Source of the DNA: Takakia lepidozioides | Lineage: Eukaryota > Plantae > Bryophyta | NCBI GenBank assembly: GCA_030704615.1 | Contig: CM060731.1 | Coordinates: forward strand, 50,406,001-50,470,000 | Reading direction: 5' to 3' | Length of the DNA: 64,000 nucleotides | In this document: positions 1-11,600 of the stretch, in pieces | Layout: every line of letters begins with the position of its first letter | How positions within the stretch are numbered: position 1 is the first letter of the stretch | The notes under the pieces: model-generated | What the model was told of the DNA's origin: nothing | The model's input: only the letters and a program-made list of their open reading frames with translations | The model's database searches: none | Made by a program: the position numbers and the translations under genes

Positions 1-250
1 AATTCAGACATGAATAATTAGGGGCGATTCTGATAACAGGGGACAACAAGGTGAAATTGAAGAAGGTACCTTCATTAGCAGTCATTACACTCTATCCTTC
101 GCTCAGCCATATTGTTGAACACTCCCTGTCCACAAGGGTATTGTTCAGAATGACATCTGCCACAATTCCAACTTTGACGATGCAACCATGGACCTCTTTG
201 CCCTTCCCTAGCAGGCTCGCACATGCACTACAAATGCAAACAAAACTGGT
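1..250 (-). pseudogene. PLS-class PPR gene fragment with the same flanking intron sequence as the PPR/PDF units at 16-19 kb
   Basis: Reverse complement reads as frameshifted PPR (..ACASLLGKGKEVHGCIVKVGI..ILNNTLVD..FNNMAE). Bases 20-85 match, in reverse complement, the 'gctaatgaaggcaccttcttcaac..ttatcag' segment repeated at 16.2, 18.45 and 19.1 kb. Confidence 0.7.
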
Positions 251-2330
251 TGTGGCAAACTGGGAGCAATATTGTCAGAAGAAACCACTGATACAAATCT
301 ACAGCTTACAGGCTGTCTCTATCCTCAAAATTGGCAGCACATCACCTGCTGCTATGACATATATTGCCCTAGATACACATTGCCCTAACTGCCATCCCCC
401 AAGATGCTACCCCCACCAGACTTATCTCACTTGGGTCCTTGCAAGGCTGACTTCCAGCTTTGACTCTGTGCGTGGGGCCTATCGGACAACATACACCAGC
501 AAGCCCTCCCCCTATCCTGCATCAATTCATCTCAGTCTTATCAACTGCACAACGTATGATGGGAGTGAGTGCAACATGGGAAAGAGCCACAACACATGAT
601 GAGCTGTAGGGAAGAAGCAACATCGTGCAAGTAAAGCAAATGATGAAGCAGAAAGACGAGGCAACATGGGAGAAGGGAAAATGGGGTCCAAGGGCTGAGA
701 AGGTCAACTAGTCAACAATGAGGAACTGGCTCTGGAGCACTATGTTGATGATTAAAGGGAGCAGCAAATACATGTGGGGCATCACAGCAAAGTGCATGCC
801 AACGAGGGTCAAAATGGTGCAAGAAAGACTCCACGGATGGTGGGCAGCCAAGGGAGATGCAGTGAGACAAGGCACTCATGGCAAGGAGCTGCCAAGACAA
901 AACGGTTGATTAAGCTACGGAGAAAAAGGAAAGCACAAGATCAACTACGAGGAAAAGTAGCAATTCAAGCATGGGAGCTGCTGCTAAAACATGAGGAGGA
1001 AGACATACGAGGTGAAGCATCAAGGGAACCAGTAGAAGATGAGGAAGATGGGGCACACTTTCTTGTCAAAGGTTGGCAGTCGAAGAATGCAACCTAGCAA
1101 TCAGAAAGTGAGGCATCCGAGGCTGGACTGCTGCAAAGAGGTACAAAGACAGGAGCTGAGAATGAGATGTTGCCTTTCATTGAAGTTCCCCACACAAGGG
1201 CTGTTTGGCAAGCAAAACCCCAGGCAAGGATGAGAGGTGAATCTGGGATAAAACCAGCAGCTGGGAGTGAGGAAAGACACAAGGAAGGGCAGCAATACCT
1301 TGTCAAATCTGAGGGTGATGGCTGGAGAAAATTAAACAAGGACTGGAAGTATGGGAGCAGCAATCGCATGAAGAAAAATCTGCCTGAGAGGCTGAAGAGT
1401 GAAAGGGAGGAAGACAGGCACCTCGCTTATGAAAAGTGGAAGGGCAGGGTAGAAAACCTGATGCCTGAAATTGATGGGAGCTCGTGGGAGACTTGCCAAG
1501 AAGACTCCAATCAGCTGTTGCCAACAATCGGACTAGTGAAAGATCGCCCTTGGCTGGCGCAACACCACGAAATAAATGCAGCCCTGATAGCATGGTGAGT
1601 GGGGCACCAACAGAGCCAGAAAATGAGGGAGAAGGAGGAGACTTCCCTGCCAAGAAAGTCAATGACGGGCCTGCAGTGGCATGCAAGGAAAGGGACACCC
1701 TAAGTGTTGCCAACAGATGCAAATCAGTGCTCATTCATTCGAAAGCACCACGGGAGATGAAGGAAAAAACACCTGCAGGGACGTTGAAGCATAAAAGAGG
1801 AGAGCACTTCACTTGGGAAGAAAGTGAAGCATTGGAGAACGAGGCTGATGACTGGCAGTCTGAAAAGGAAAGGCGGTTGTGGGAAACCCTGCCAAGACAA
1901 CCATATGGAGAGAATCAAGCAGGTGGGAACTGCCCTTCATTGGGGTGGTGCAAACAAGAGCAAGACCAGAAGCTGAACCACATGAGAAGATAGTGTGTCA
2001 TCACAGATGGAGACCCTGGAAAATGCTCTGCCCAGGAGATGAAGAACATTAGGCAACTAGAAACGTGGGGGGCTGAATATGCTCTGCAGTCAACCTGGCT
2101 TGTTGAATGCTTGCATAAGAGATGAGGGGTTGCTGTCAGTACACGACATTGAGTTCATCAAATCCTACAACAGCCCACCATCGCTGCCCACTGCTTACAA
2201 ACTGCCACAAAAACAGTTTCACAAGACTTACAGATGATTGGTGGAAGGCAAGGCCCCTCGCCATGGGCCAGATTAATTGTATGTTGCAGCCCAGAACAAC
2301 GACGGGAAGTCATCTAGGGCAACAAACCCC
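251..2330. other. Unclassified decayed insertion, purine-rich on the + strand, possibly a retroelement remnant
   Basis: Interrupts PPR-derived sequence. Only short broken K/E/W-rich ORFs; no recognisable domain, TSD or matching LTR pair. Confidence 0.25.
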
Positions 2331-2875
2331 ATCTTGGCAGCGTCTTTTGTGTGAGAGAAGTCAAACTGAACCTGCTCATCATATCGAGTGGGATGGACTA
2401 GATGTAAAGCTGCCAAGCCAACCACACTCATATTCGCACTCAAGCAACATAAGCTAGAGCCATTTTCAGATTATGAGCACCTGTGTTTTAAGAATACTCC
2501 TTCTTCAACTTGCGGTGAACGGGCAAAAAACTTCACAATGTGCAGCAGATTAATGGACCAAGATGCGGAGCTAAATTGGGTATCCAATTGGGCAATGCTG
2601 GTTTCAAAACCTCGTTCCATCCCTGCGTTTTGAAGATTTGGCTTGAATGGGCACACTCCGGCAGTGGAAGGCTCACGGAATAATGAGTTTGGGCTGATAT
2701 GCATGCTGACATGCCATGCCGGTGCAAAAAACAACGTTCTGAGTGGTGATTGTGATCTCAAAATCTGCCCTTGCATTCAAGCTGATTTCTCTCTCGAGCA
2801 GAGCCGCCTTGTGGATGTTCCAGCCAGTGTCCAAAAACAGCTCAAGTGCAAGACAACAACATCAGCAAGGCATGG

Positions 2876-3735
2876 TTAGCTAAGCAAGGTCATGGTGGAG
2901 AGGCATTTGAACTCTCTGAACGTAATGTGGTCGGACTTCACCCCCTCCCACATCAACTGCTCATAGATCTCCAAAACCTGCAATCCCCGCCCCTGTTGTG
3001 CATGTCCTGCGATCATCACTTTCCACGACACCACATTTTGCTCAGCCATATTGTTGAACACTCCCTATCTAGAAGGGTATTCATGTTCAGAATGACATCT
3101 ACCTCAATTCCAGCTTTGACGATGCAACCATGGACCTCTTTGCCCTTCTCCAACAGGCTCGCACATGCACTACAAACACAAACAAACATAATGTGCTCGG
3201 GCTTCACCCCCTAGACCCACATCATTTGCTCATAGGTCTCCAAAACCCGCAATCCCCGCCCATGTTGTGCATGTCTTGCGATCATCACGTTCCACCACAC
3301 CACATTTCGCTCAGCCATATTGTTGAACACTCCTTGTCCACAAGGGAATGCTCCCACGTTTGGCATACATGTTGACGAGGTATTGTTACATCTGGTACAG
3401 TTCCAGCTTTGACGATGTTACGATGGACCTCTTTGCCCTTTACCAAGTCTCCAGGGTTGCCAAGTTTGCACATGCATTGCAAACACAAATGAACATAACC
3501 CGGTTAGGCTGCACCCCTTCTCGCAACATTTGCTCATATGTCTCCAATGCCCTCATCCCGCACACATGCTAGCCATATCTTGCAAGATTCAGCGTGTTCC
3601 TTGAGACAACATCTCGTTCAGCCATGTTATCAAACTCTCCCTTCGCAACTTCATAGGTCTCCAAAGCCTCCATCCCACGTCCCTGCTATGCATACCCTGC
3701 AAGCATCGCACTCCACGACACTACATCTCGGCAAA
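2876..3735 (-). pseudogene. Degenerate PLS-class PPR repeats
   Basis: ORFs 2876-3061 (FNNMAEQNVVSWKVMIAGHAQQGRGLQVLEIYEQLMWEGVKSDHITF) and 3016-3207 (FVCVCSACASLLEKGKEVHGCIVKAG) are canonical P/L/S motifs broken by frameshifts. Confidence 0.85.
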
Positions 3736-3789
3736 ACAGGCTGAAATAGCTTGAAGAAGAAGGTGCCCTCACCACATTGTCCTCTACCT

Positions 3790-3970
3790 TGTGTCATGAC
3801 CCATTGCGGATTAGACTGACCATGAACCCAAGAAGACCTCTTGTGCGTGTTGCTTGTATCTGTAGTCAGGTAATGTGGGATTGGTTCGTAAGAACCACCA
3901 CGGTGCAGTTGAGCGGGCAGAGATTAAAATATGGGCTGCTAAGACCAAGCTGATTCCCCCAAGAACCTTG
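3790..3970 (-). pseudogene. OSB-type PDF-motif exon remnant; inverted paralog of 15510-15700
   Basis: Minus strand gives NPTLPDYRYK..WVHGQSNPQWV. The nucleotide sequence is a diverged reverse complement of 15510-15700. Confidence 0.55.
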
Positions 3971-4819
3971 TGATCATCAGGAAGAATACCAAATCATGGT
4001 ACAAAGGGGAGCCAAGAGCCCACATTTGCACATAATGCGCCCTTGACGCCATAAACGCTTGCAACAACAGGACATGGGCCTCGATTTGGTCTTCATCCTT
4101 CTTGCATCACTTGCTCGTCTCTCTCTCAAGCCTCCATCCCTCTCCCAACACTTAAACAAATTCAGGCAAAGGACAAAGTTACTCTTCCACCCTTAGATCA
4201 CTTTACATCCGACGATTAGAACAATCTCTACAAGCCACACAAGCCCTAAAATACATTAAAATATTCCACGTCATGATCCATGTGGAGCACTTATAAAAAT
4301 TCCATTTTTGAATAGGGTGTGCAATGAATGTCTAGTTGTTAAGAGTCGTTCTCTAGTGCTTAAAACCACTTGTAATTGTTGTTTAAAAAAAAAACAATTT
4401 ACATAATTGAATTAAATCGCCGCAAATATTGCGCCGACTGCGGAGTCATTGATGCAACTTCTATCCGCCATTAGAAATGCGAATTTATCCGTTACGACTG
4501 TACAGTAGTAACAAACATCTCAAAGTTGTTCCCTCAGTGGTTTTGGACATGCAGTTGATTCGGAAAAGACACGAATGCTTCTAGTGTAGACAAGTAGCAC
4601 GTAAGACTGAGGAAGACTTGAAAGAAGTCCAAAAAGGTGTGATAGCCCTTGAGGGTCAGTGGAAGCACGCAGACTCCTGCACAAGTCGACAAAAACCCAT
4701 TTTGAACACAATGATGCAATGCACAAGTCCAACTAAGATGATGTCTCCCATGTGCATTTCGCCTTGAGAACAGTGATTCTGGGTATTGAAACAACAATGC
4801 AAGCATCCACAGGTTGAAC

Positions 4820-7800
4820 TTACTCACAGGCAAAGTCGGAGTCCAGCTCCTTGTTGGAAGTCTCCCATATATCAATATCAACGGGTAGGGGCTTCGGAAG
4901 GACTTGAGAAGTGTGTCCACCCAAACCCATCAGGAGGTTCTTGTAAATCTCGGCATCCCCTTCAATCCCAAAGAGATGTCGCGCACTGGCCTTGCAAGCG
5001 TGGTACGAGGCACCTGCAGTGGAATACAATGAAGGAAACACACATTGAAGACACATTTGGAACGGTGGGAAGAGCTGAAAGTGCAAGCTCAAACAAACCT
5101 CATGAAATGTGAATGTTGAAGAGACGAACCTGTGCCCATTGACAAATCCAGAATGAAAGCCGGGCTCCTCTCCCTGGCCCCTCTCCAAGGAACCCCATTC
5201 CCTCTTCGCAAGCACACGTTGCCGTCCACGTAGTTGTGGTGCATGTCATCCGTGGGAGGATCTGTCCTCTCGTCTATGAACTTGCCCCCATGAGTGATGG
5301 CGAACTCCCTAATGACGGCTGGAGTCGTAGGTGGATGCACTCAGACGAGACAAACAACTTCAAACAAACGAGTCTGCAAACAGGACATACACAAGGAACT
5401 AAGAAGCTTGAAAACCAGGCCCCTACATTCATTTGAGCAACTTATGCAACTCCATCCGAGAACCACCAAGAAGAGGAATAAGAAGGCAAATTTACCATCT
5501 CTCCGGGACGATCCCCCTTCGTCAGGTACATGCTGTTAACACAATTCCATGTCTTCACGACCCTCATACCGGAGGCTTTCAAATAGTTGGCAAGTGCACG
5601 GTGACAGCGAAGGTCGATGGACTGGATGAGCACCAAAATACCTGCATCGGACAGAAAAAAATTGCAAAAGGAGAAAATCCACCGCCAATAGCGCTTATCA
5701 AAAGCATTCCAACCTGGACAAGCACCCGATGGAGGGACATCCGGGACTGGCAACCCATCAGGGATGTCCAAGATGATGAGTTCGGCTGCATATGGCTTCT
5801 CCTTCCCATTGACCCAGGATTTGGTCATTTTAGCCTGCAAACAAGCATGCAATAGAATGCTCAAGAGGATTGAAACGATCCATGCCCACAACAGACAAGA
5901 AGCAAAAGACAACACGCACCGTGCCGAGGAGAGCCACAATCCTCTCCCACACTGGTGATGGTTCGCCCTTGTAATCAGATTTCTTGGACTCCATCATGGC
6001 AAGGAACCCGACGTTGGACATCTCCAACCTGGTAGGGCGAATGACCCTCGTGGGATGCTCCACTGCATGGTACGGGTCCTTGGGATCAACCACCCCCTTG
6101 TTCTTTCTCCCGGATCCCCTATCATGCGGTGGAGTCTGCTGGACATCCAGAGGGCCAGTATCTGCAACACTTCCCTGCCCACCTACCTGCCCTTGTGCCC
6201 CCTTCCCCCTACCCCTTCCTTTCCCCATACCACCAGCAACATCCTTTCCCTTTGCCTTTCTACCTTTACCCGGTGTATCCTGAGCGGGAGGCTCCTTCTC
6301 TGCAAGAGTCCTCAAATTTCTATCATGAATGTCGAGGTCGGCTCCTGCGGCGCTGGCTGCTATACGCTCATTCTCTCTCCTCAAAGACACCTCCTGAGCT
6401 GGGGTCTCAGAAGCAGGGCAATCCAAATACCAACCACAAGCAGAAAGATGGTCTGGGCCCCAGTCATGCAAGATCCCCGTAGTAAACATGGTCTGGTTGC
6501 CAGCAGGACAAGCCAAATGTCCACGAAATCAGCATGTTTGTCCAAGCAGTTCTCTACCATGAGAACATACTTTATGTACCTGCAGGAACAGAAATAGCCT
6601 CATTATGCAATGCAAATATTATCTCCCAGCTTTTCCACCCCATCACGAAGACCCCCTAAAAGAGTATGCGGCACAGTACACTCCACCACAAACTCATATG
6701 AGCCAGCCAAAAACAGGTTGGATGGAGGAGAGTGTGTCTATGCAAAACAAAGAAGCACAGTCATTTTGCACCTGTAAAGGCATCGTTTCCAGGCTTCCTC
6801 TCCTTTCTCTTGCTGGTCAAGCTCATTTGTTCGACTGATGCCAACATCCTTGCTGAACTCTCTGAAGAAACAAGATTGCCACACTATGGCTCTCCATTTC
6901 CTCATGTATGCTTGGAAGGAGACCTTCGGTTCTGTTATGGTGATCCCATAGTCAGCCAGTTGCGTATGTAGAACCGACCGGGCCCTTTCCTCCAACTGCA
7001 GACCAATACAAAAACAAGAATGAACCCAAAAACAATCACAACCAATGTAACATGGAAAAAGAATGACTGAAAAAACGAAAAGAAAGTGACACAACAAAGG
7101 ACATCATACCTGGCTCCAGTAAGTGGCCTTGTGAAGCCATGTGTCCAACACATTGTCACTGACAGGAATGACACGCTGGGTCTTCTTCTCTTTCTCCGAC
7201 CTGGGGAACATGTGGGTATCCCTAACAGTGGGATTGGAGTTCCATATCTGTAGCCACTTCACCTTCTGTTCTGAAGACACAACGGCAGTAGACAACCTGT
7301 GTAACTTCTCCTGGGCCATTTCCGGCTTGCCTGACTTGTTTTAATGGTTTTTCACCTCTTGAAGGAACTCTGGTCCGAAGGTTGGGTCTGCAATTCTCAG
7401 TTGTTTCACAAAAGCACTCATAGTCCTTCTTGTGGCGGTCATCTCTTTCTGGATGTGATTCTCAATACCCTTTGTTGTCCTTCTCTCCTCAGGAGTAGAG
7501 TTGTAGTATTCCAGTTTGCCACACTCTCCTGCATCTGCAATGTCTTGCTGCAAGGGAATGCACGAGAGTTGCATCAACCTAAGGGCAAGGGAATTAAACA
7601 GAAACAAACATGTGGAAGCAGGAATATCGAAAGGCCAAATGATGTAAGATATATCTCACCGCGTACATATACTCCATGAAGGCCTCACGGGTCAACGAGT
7701 ACCACGTTTCTGATGTCTTGGAGCTTTCGCACTTCTTGTACATCTTTGCTGAAAGGATGGTCTTGAAGTTGGTCAAGGGCATCTGCCCGATCCTTTGTAT

Positions 7801-8543
7801 CCTGTACAGTGTGTGAACCAAACTCGTTTTGACATGCGATGTCTCCGTCCCTCTGCAGAATGATGTGTGAAAGTCAGAATGAAATTCAAGGACCGTCAAC
7901 AGAAGACTGGAACCAAAGAACCACGGAACCACAAGTGGAACATGTAGAATGAGAAACCAACCTGTTCACATCATTCATTGCCGTCAGAAGACCCATCATG
8001 TTCCCGTCACAATCCAGCATCATCGATCAAACAGAGTAATGTCACTCTTCCTCCTATGAGTGCAGCCATCCATGCAAGCAACCAGTGGTTGCCATCCCAA
8101 ACGTGAAACATCTTCCCTGAGAATGCATGGGTGGAAGGTTTCCTGGAGAGAAGAAGTTCGAAAGATTCGTTCACCTGTCTCCAAATGGGATCCCAGGAGT
8201 CCACGATTGACTCATCCACAAGGAGCTCATTGCCTTTGGAATCCCTTGTAGAAACGTAAAAGACTTCGGATCCATCCAAATACCCATGAACAAACTCGGC
8301 CTCCAGCTTCAGGATGTCCTTGATGAGGGGTGGACGAACGACGAGCATGGAAACCAACCTACACAGGGGAATCTTCAACCTCCCACCCGGGGCAAGCATA
8401 CTTTGCACCACAAGCTGAGAGTTGACCTTCTGACCTCCCAACATCTCAGCGGCTTTGCTTTCATAGAACTCATCGTCCACATCAACAATGATCTCCTTCC
8501 CTTGCCCCGAAGGGGTCTCATCCGCCACACTTTGCATCTTCTC
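4820..8543 (-). pseudogene. Multi-exon gene: ParB/Srx-like N-terminal domain fused to a beta-class N6A/N4C-type methyltransferase-like domain (disrupted)
   Basis: 8007-8537 has KMFHVWDGNHWLLAW (ParB DGNHR box with R>W). 5442-5835 has AELIILDIPDG (motif IV DPPY-like). 5130-5200 has PWRGARERSP..DLSMGT, then a GT-AG intron, then GASYHACKASARHLFGIEGD (motif I and following strand). Several GT-AG introns, in-frame stops and frameshifts. Confidence 0.65.
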
Positions 8544-8660
8544 CTGCAGGGTTGTTCATTCAAATTGATATAAGAGAGAGGCATGAAACGATGGTATTTT
8601 GAGCATGGCAGACAGGCCCTGTGTGGCCCAATTTCTCATTAGAAAACAAGCATTGTGGGG

Positions 8661-11600
8661 GCCGAAAACACTGTGCGTTGCCGCACAATGTTTCCGCTTC
8701 CAAATAGTGGTGTTTTGAACATGATATTTGGCCCTATGTAGCACATTTCCACAAGAAAAACAGGCAGAGAGGGGGCTCAAAACAGTGTGCGTTGCCACAC
8801 ACTTTTTGATCTTCCAATAAGGGTTGGATTCAACCTGCCAAAGTGGCCCTAGGTGCCCAATTTTCACATAAAAAAACAAGCAGATAAGGGGGCTCAAACA
8901 GTGTGCGTTGCCGCACACAGTTTGAGCTGGCAATAAGGTGTGATTTTAACATGGCACAGTGGTCATGAGTGGCCGATTTTGAAATAAAAGAAAAGGCAGT
9001 GAAGGGGGTTCAAACAGTTTGCGTTGGTGCACACTGTTTGAGCTTCCATTTCGAGGTGGATTCAACCTGTCAAACTGGCCCCAGGTACACAATTTTCATG
9101 TCCAAAAACAAGCAAATCAGGGGGCTCAAACAGTGTGCGTTGACGCACACTGTTTGGGCTGTCAGGTAAGTGTGAATTGAACCTGACAGAGATGACCTTT
9201 GTGGTCGATTCTAAAATGAAAAAATAATGTCAAGTGTGGGCTCAAACAATGTGCAATGCCGCACACTATTTGAGCTTCCAGAAAGGGGTGGAATGAACCT
9301 TAGAGAGAGGCGACTGTGTGCACGATTTTCACATTAAAGAAACAATTACAAGGGGGCTCAAACAGTGTGCGTTGACGCACACTGTTTGAGCTGCCAGGTT
9401 AGTGTGGATTGAACCTCACAAAGATACCCTGTCTGGACGATTTTATTATGAAAAAAAACAATGAGAAGAGGGCTCAAACAGCGTGCGTTGGCGCACACTG
9501 TTTGAGTTTTGAAATAGGGGTGGATGGAACCAGACAGACAGGCCCCTGTGTGCACTATTTAAACACCCAAAAACAAGGCAAACGGGGGGCTCAAACAGTG
9601 TGCGTTGCCGCACACTGTTTGAGCTTCCAATTCAGGGTGGATTCAACTTGCCAGATTGGCCCTACATGCCCGATTTTCACATGAAGGAACAAGCTAAAAA
9701 GGGGGCTCAAACAGTGTGCGTTGCCGCACACTGTTTGAGCTTCCAAATAGGGGAGGAATGTACCTGCCAGAGTGGCCCTATGTGGCCGATTTTCACCTGA
9801 AAAAAACAATGACAAAGGGGGCTCAAACACTGTGCGTTGACGCACACTATTTGATGCCACGAAATTGTTCATTGAACCTCACAGAGATACCCTGTCTGGA
9901 CGATTTTATTATGAAAAAAACAATCACAAAGGGGGGCTCCAACAGTGTGCGTTGGCGCACACTGTTTGAGCTGCCAGGAAATTGTTCATTGAACCTCAGA
10001 GAAATACCATGTCTCGACGATTTTATTATGAAATAAACAGTGAGAAGGGGGGCTCAAACAGTGTGCGTTGGCGCACACTGTTTGACCTTCGAATTAGGGG
10101 TGGATTGAACCAGACAGAGAGGCCCATGTGTGCACCATTTCCACACCAAAAAACAAGGCACAAGGGGGGCTCAAGTAGTATGCGTTGACGCACACTGTTT
10201 GAGCTTCCAATTTGGGGTGGATTGAACCTGCCAGAGTGGCCCTATGTGGCCGTTTTGAACATGAAAAAACATGCAAAATGGGGGGCTCAAACAGTGTGCG
10301 GTGCCGCACACTGTTTGAGCTTCCAATTCGGGGTGGATTCAACTTGCCAGATTGGCCCTACGTGCCCGATTTTCACATGAAGGAACAAGCTAAAAAGGGG
10401 GCTCAAACAGTGTGCGTTGCCGCACACTGTTTGAGCTTCCAAATAGGGGTGGAATGTACCTGCCAGAGTGGCCCTATGTGGCCGATTTTCACATGAAAAA
10501 AACAATGACAAGGGGGGGCTCAAACAGTGTGCGTTGACGCACACTGTTTGAGCTGCCTGGAAATTGTTCATTGAACCTCACAGAGATACCCTGTCTGGAC
10601 GATTTTATTATGAAAAAAACAATCACAAAGGGGGGCTCAAACAGTGTGCATTGGCGCACACTGTTTGAGCTGCCAGGAAATTGTTCATTGAACCTCAGAG
10701 AGATACCATGTCTGGACGATTTTATTATGAAAAAAACAATGAGAATGAGGGCTCAAACAGTGTGCGTTGGCGCACACTGTTTGAGCTTCGAATTAGGGGT
10801 GGATTGAACCAGACATAGAGGCCCATGTGTGCACCATTTCCACACCAAAAAACAAGGCACAAGGGGGGCTCAAATAGTGTGCGTTGACGCACACTGTTTG
10901 AGCTTCCAATTTGGGGTGGATTGAACCTGCCAGAGTGGCCCTATGTGGCCATTTTGAACATGAAAAAACATGCAAAATGGGTGGCTCAAACAGTGTGCGG
11001 TGCCGCACACTGTTTGAGCTTCCAATTCGGGGTGGATTCAACCTGCCAAAGTGGCCTTATGTGACCGTTTTGCACATAAAAAAACAAGCAAAATGGGGGG
11101 CTCAAACAATGTGCGGTGCCGCAAACTGTTTGAGCTTCCAATTCGGGGTGGATTGAACCTGCCAGAGTGGCCCTATGTGGCTGATTTTCAAATGTAAAAA
11201 ACAATGAGAAGGTGGGCTCAAACAGTGTGCGTTGACGTACACAGTTTGAGCTGCCAGGTAAGTGTGCATTGAACCTCAAAGACATGCCCTGTGTGGCTGA
11301 TTTTCACATGAAAAAAACAATGAGAAGGTGGGCTCAAACAGTGTGCGTTGGCGCACACTGTTTGAGCTGCCAGGTAAGTGTGCATTGCACCTCAAAGACA
11401 TGCCCTATGTGGCCGATTTTCACATTAAAAAAACGATGACAAGGTAGGCTCAAATAGTGTGCGTTGGCGCACACTGTTTGAGCTGCCAGGTAAGTGTGCA
11501 TTGATCCTCAAAGACATGCCCTATGTGGCCGATTTTCACATGGAAAAAACAATGACAAGGGGGGGCTCAAACAGTGTGCGTTGACGCACACTGTTTGAGC

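Noticed and set aside
4820-8543. Bacterial contamination as the source of the ParB-methylase
   Set aside because: Multiple GT-AG introns and continuity with plant PPR and TE sequence.
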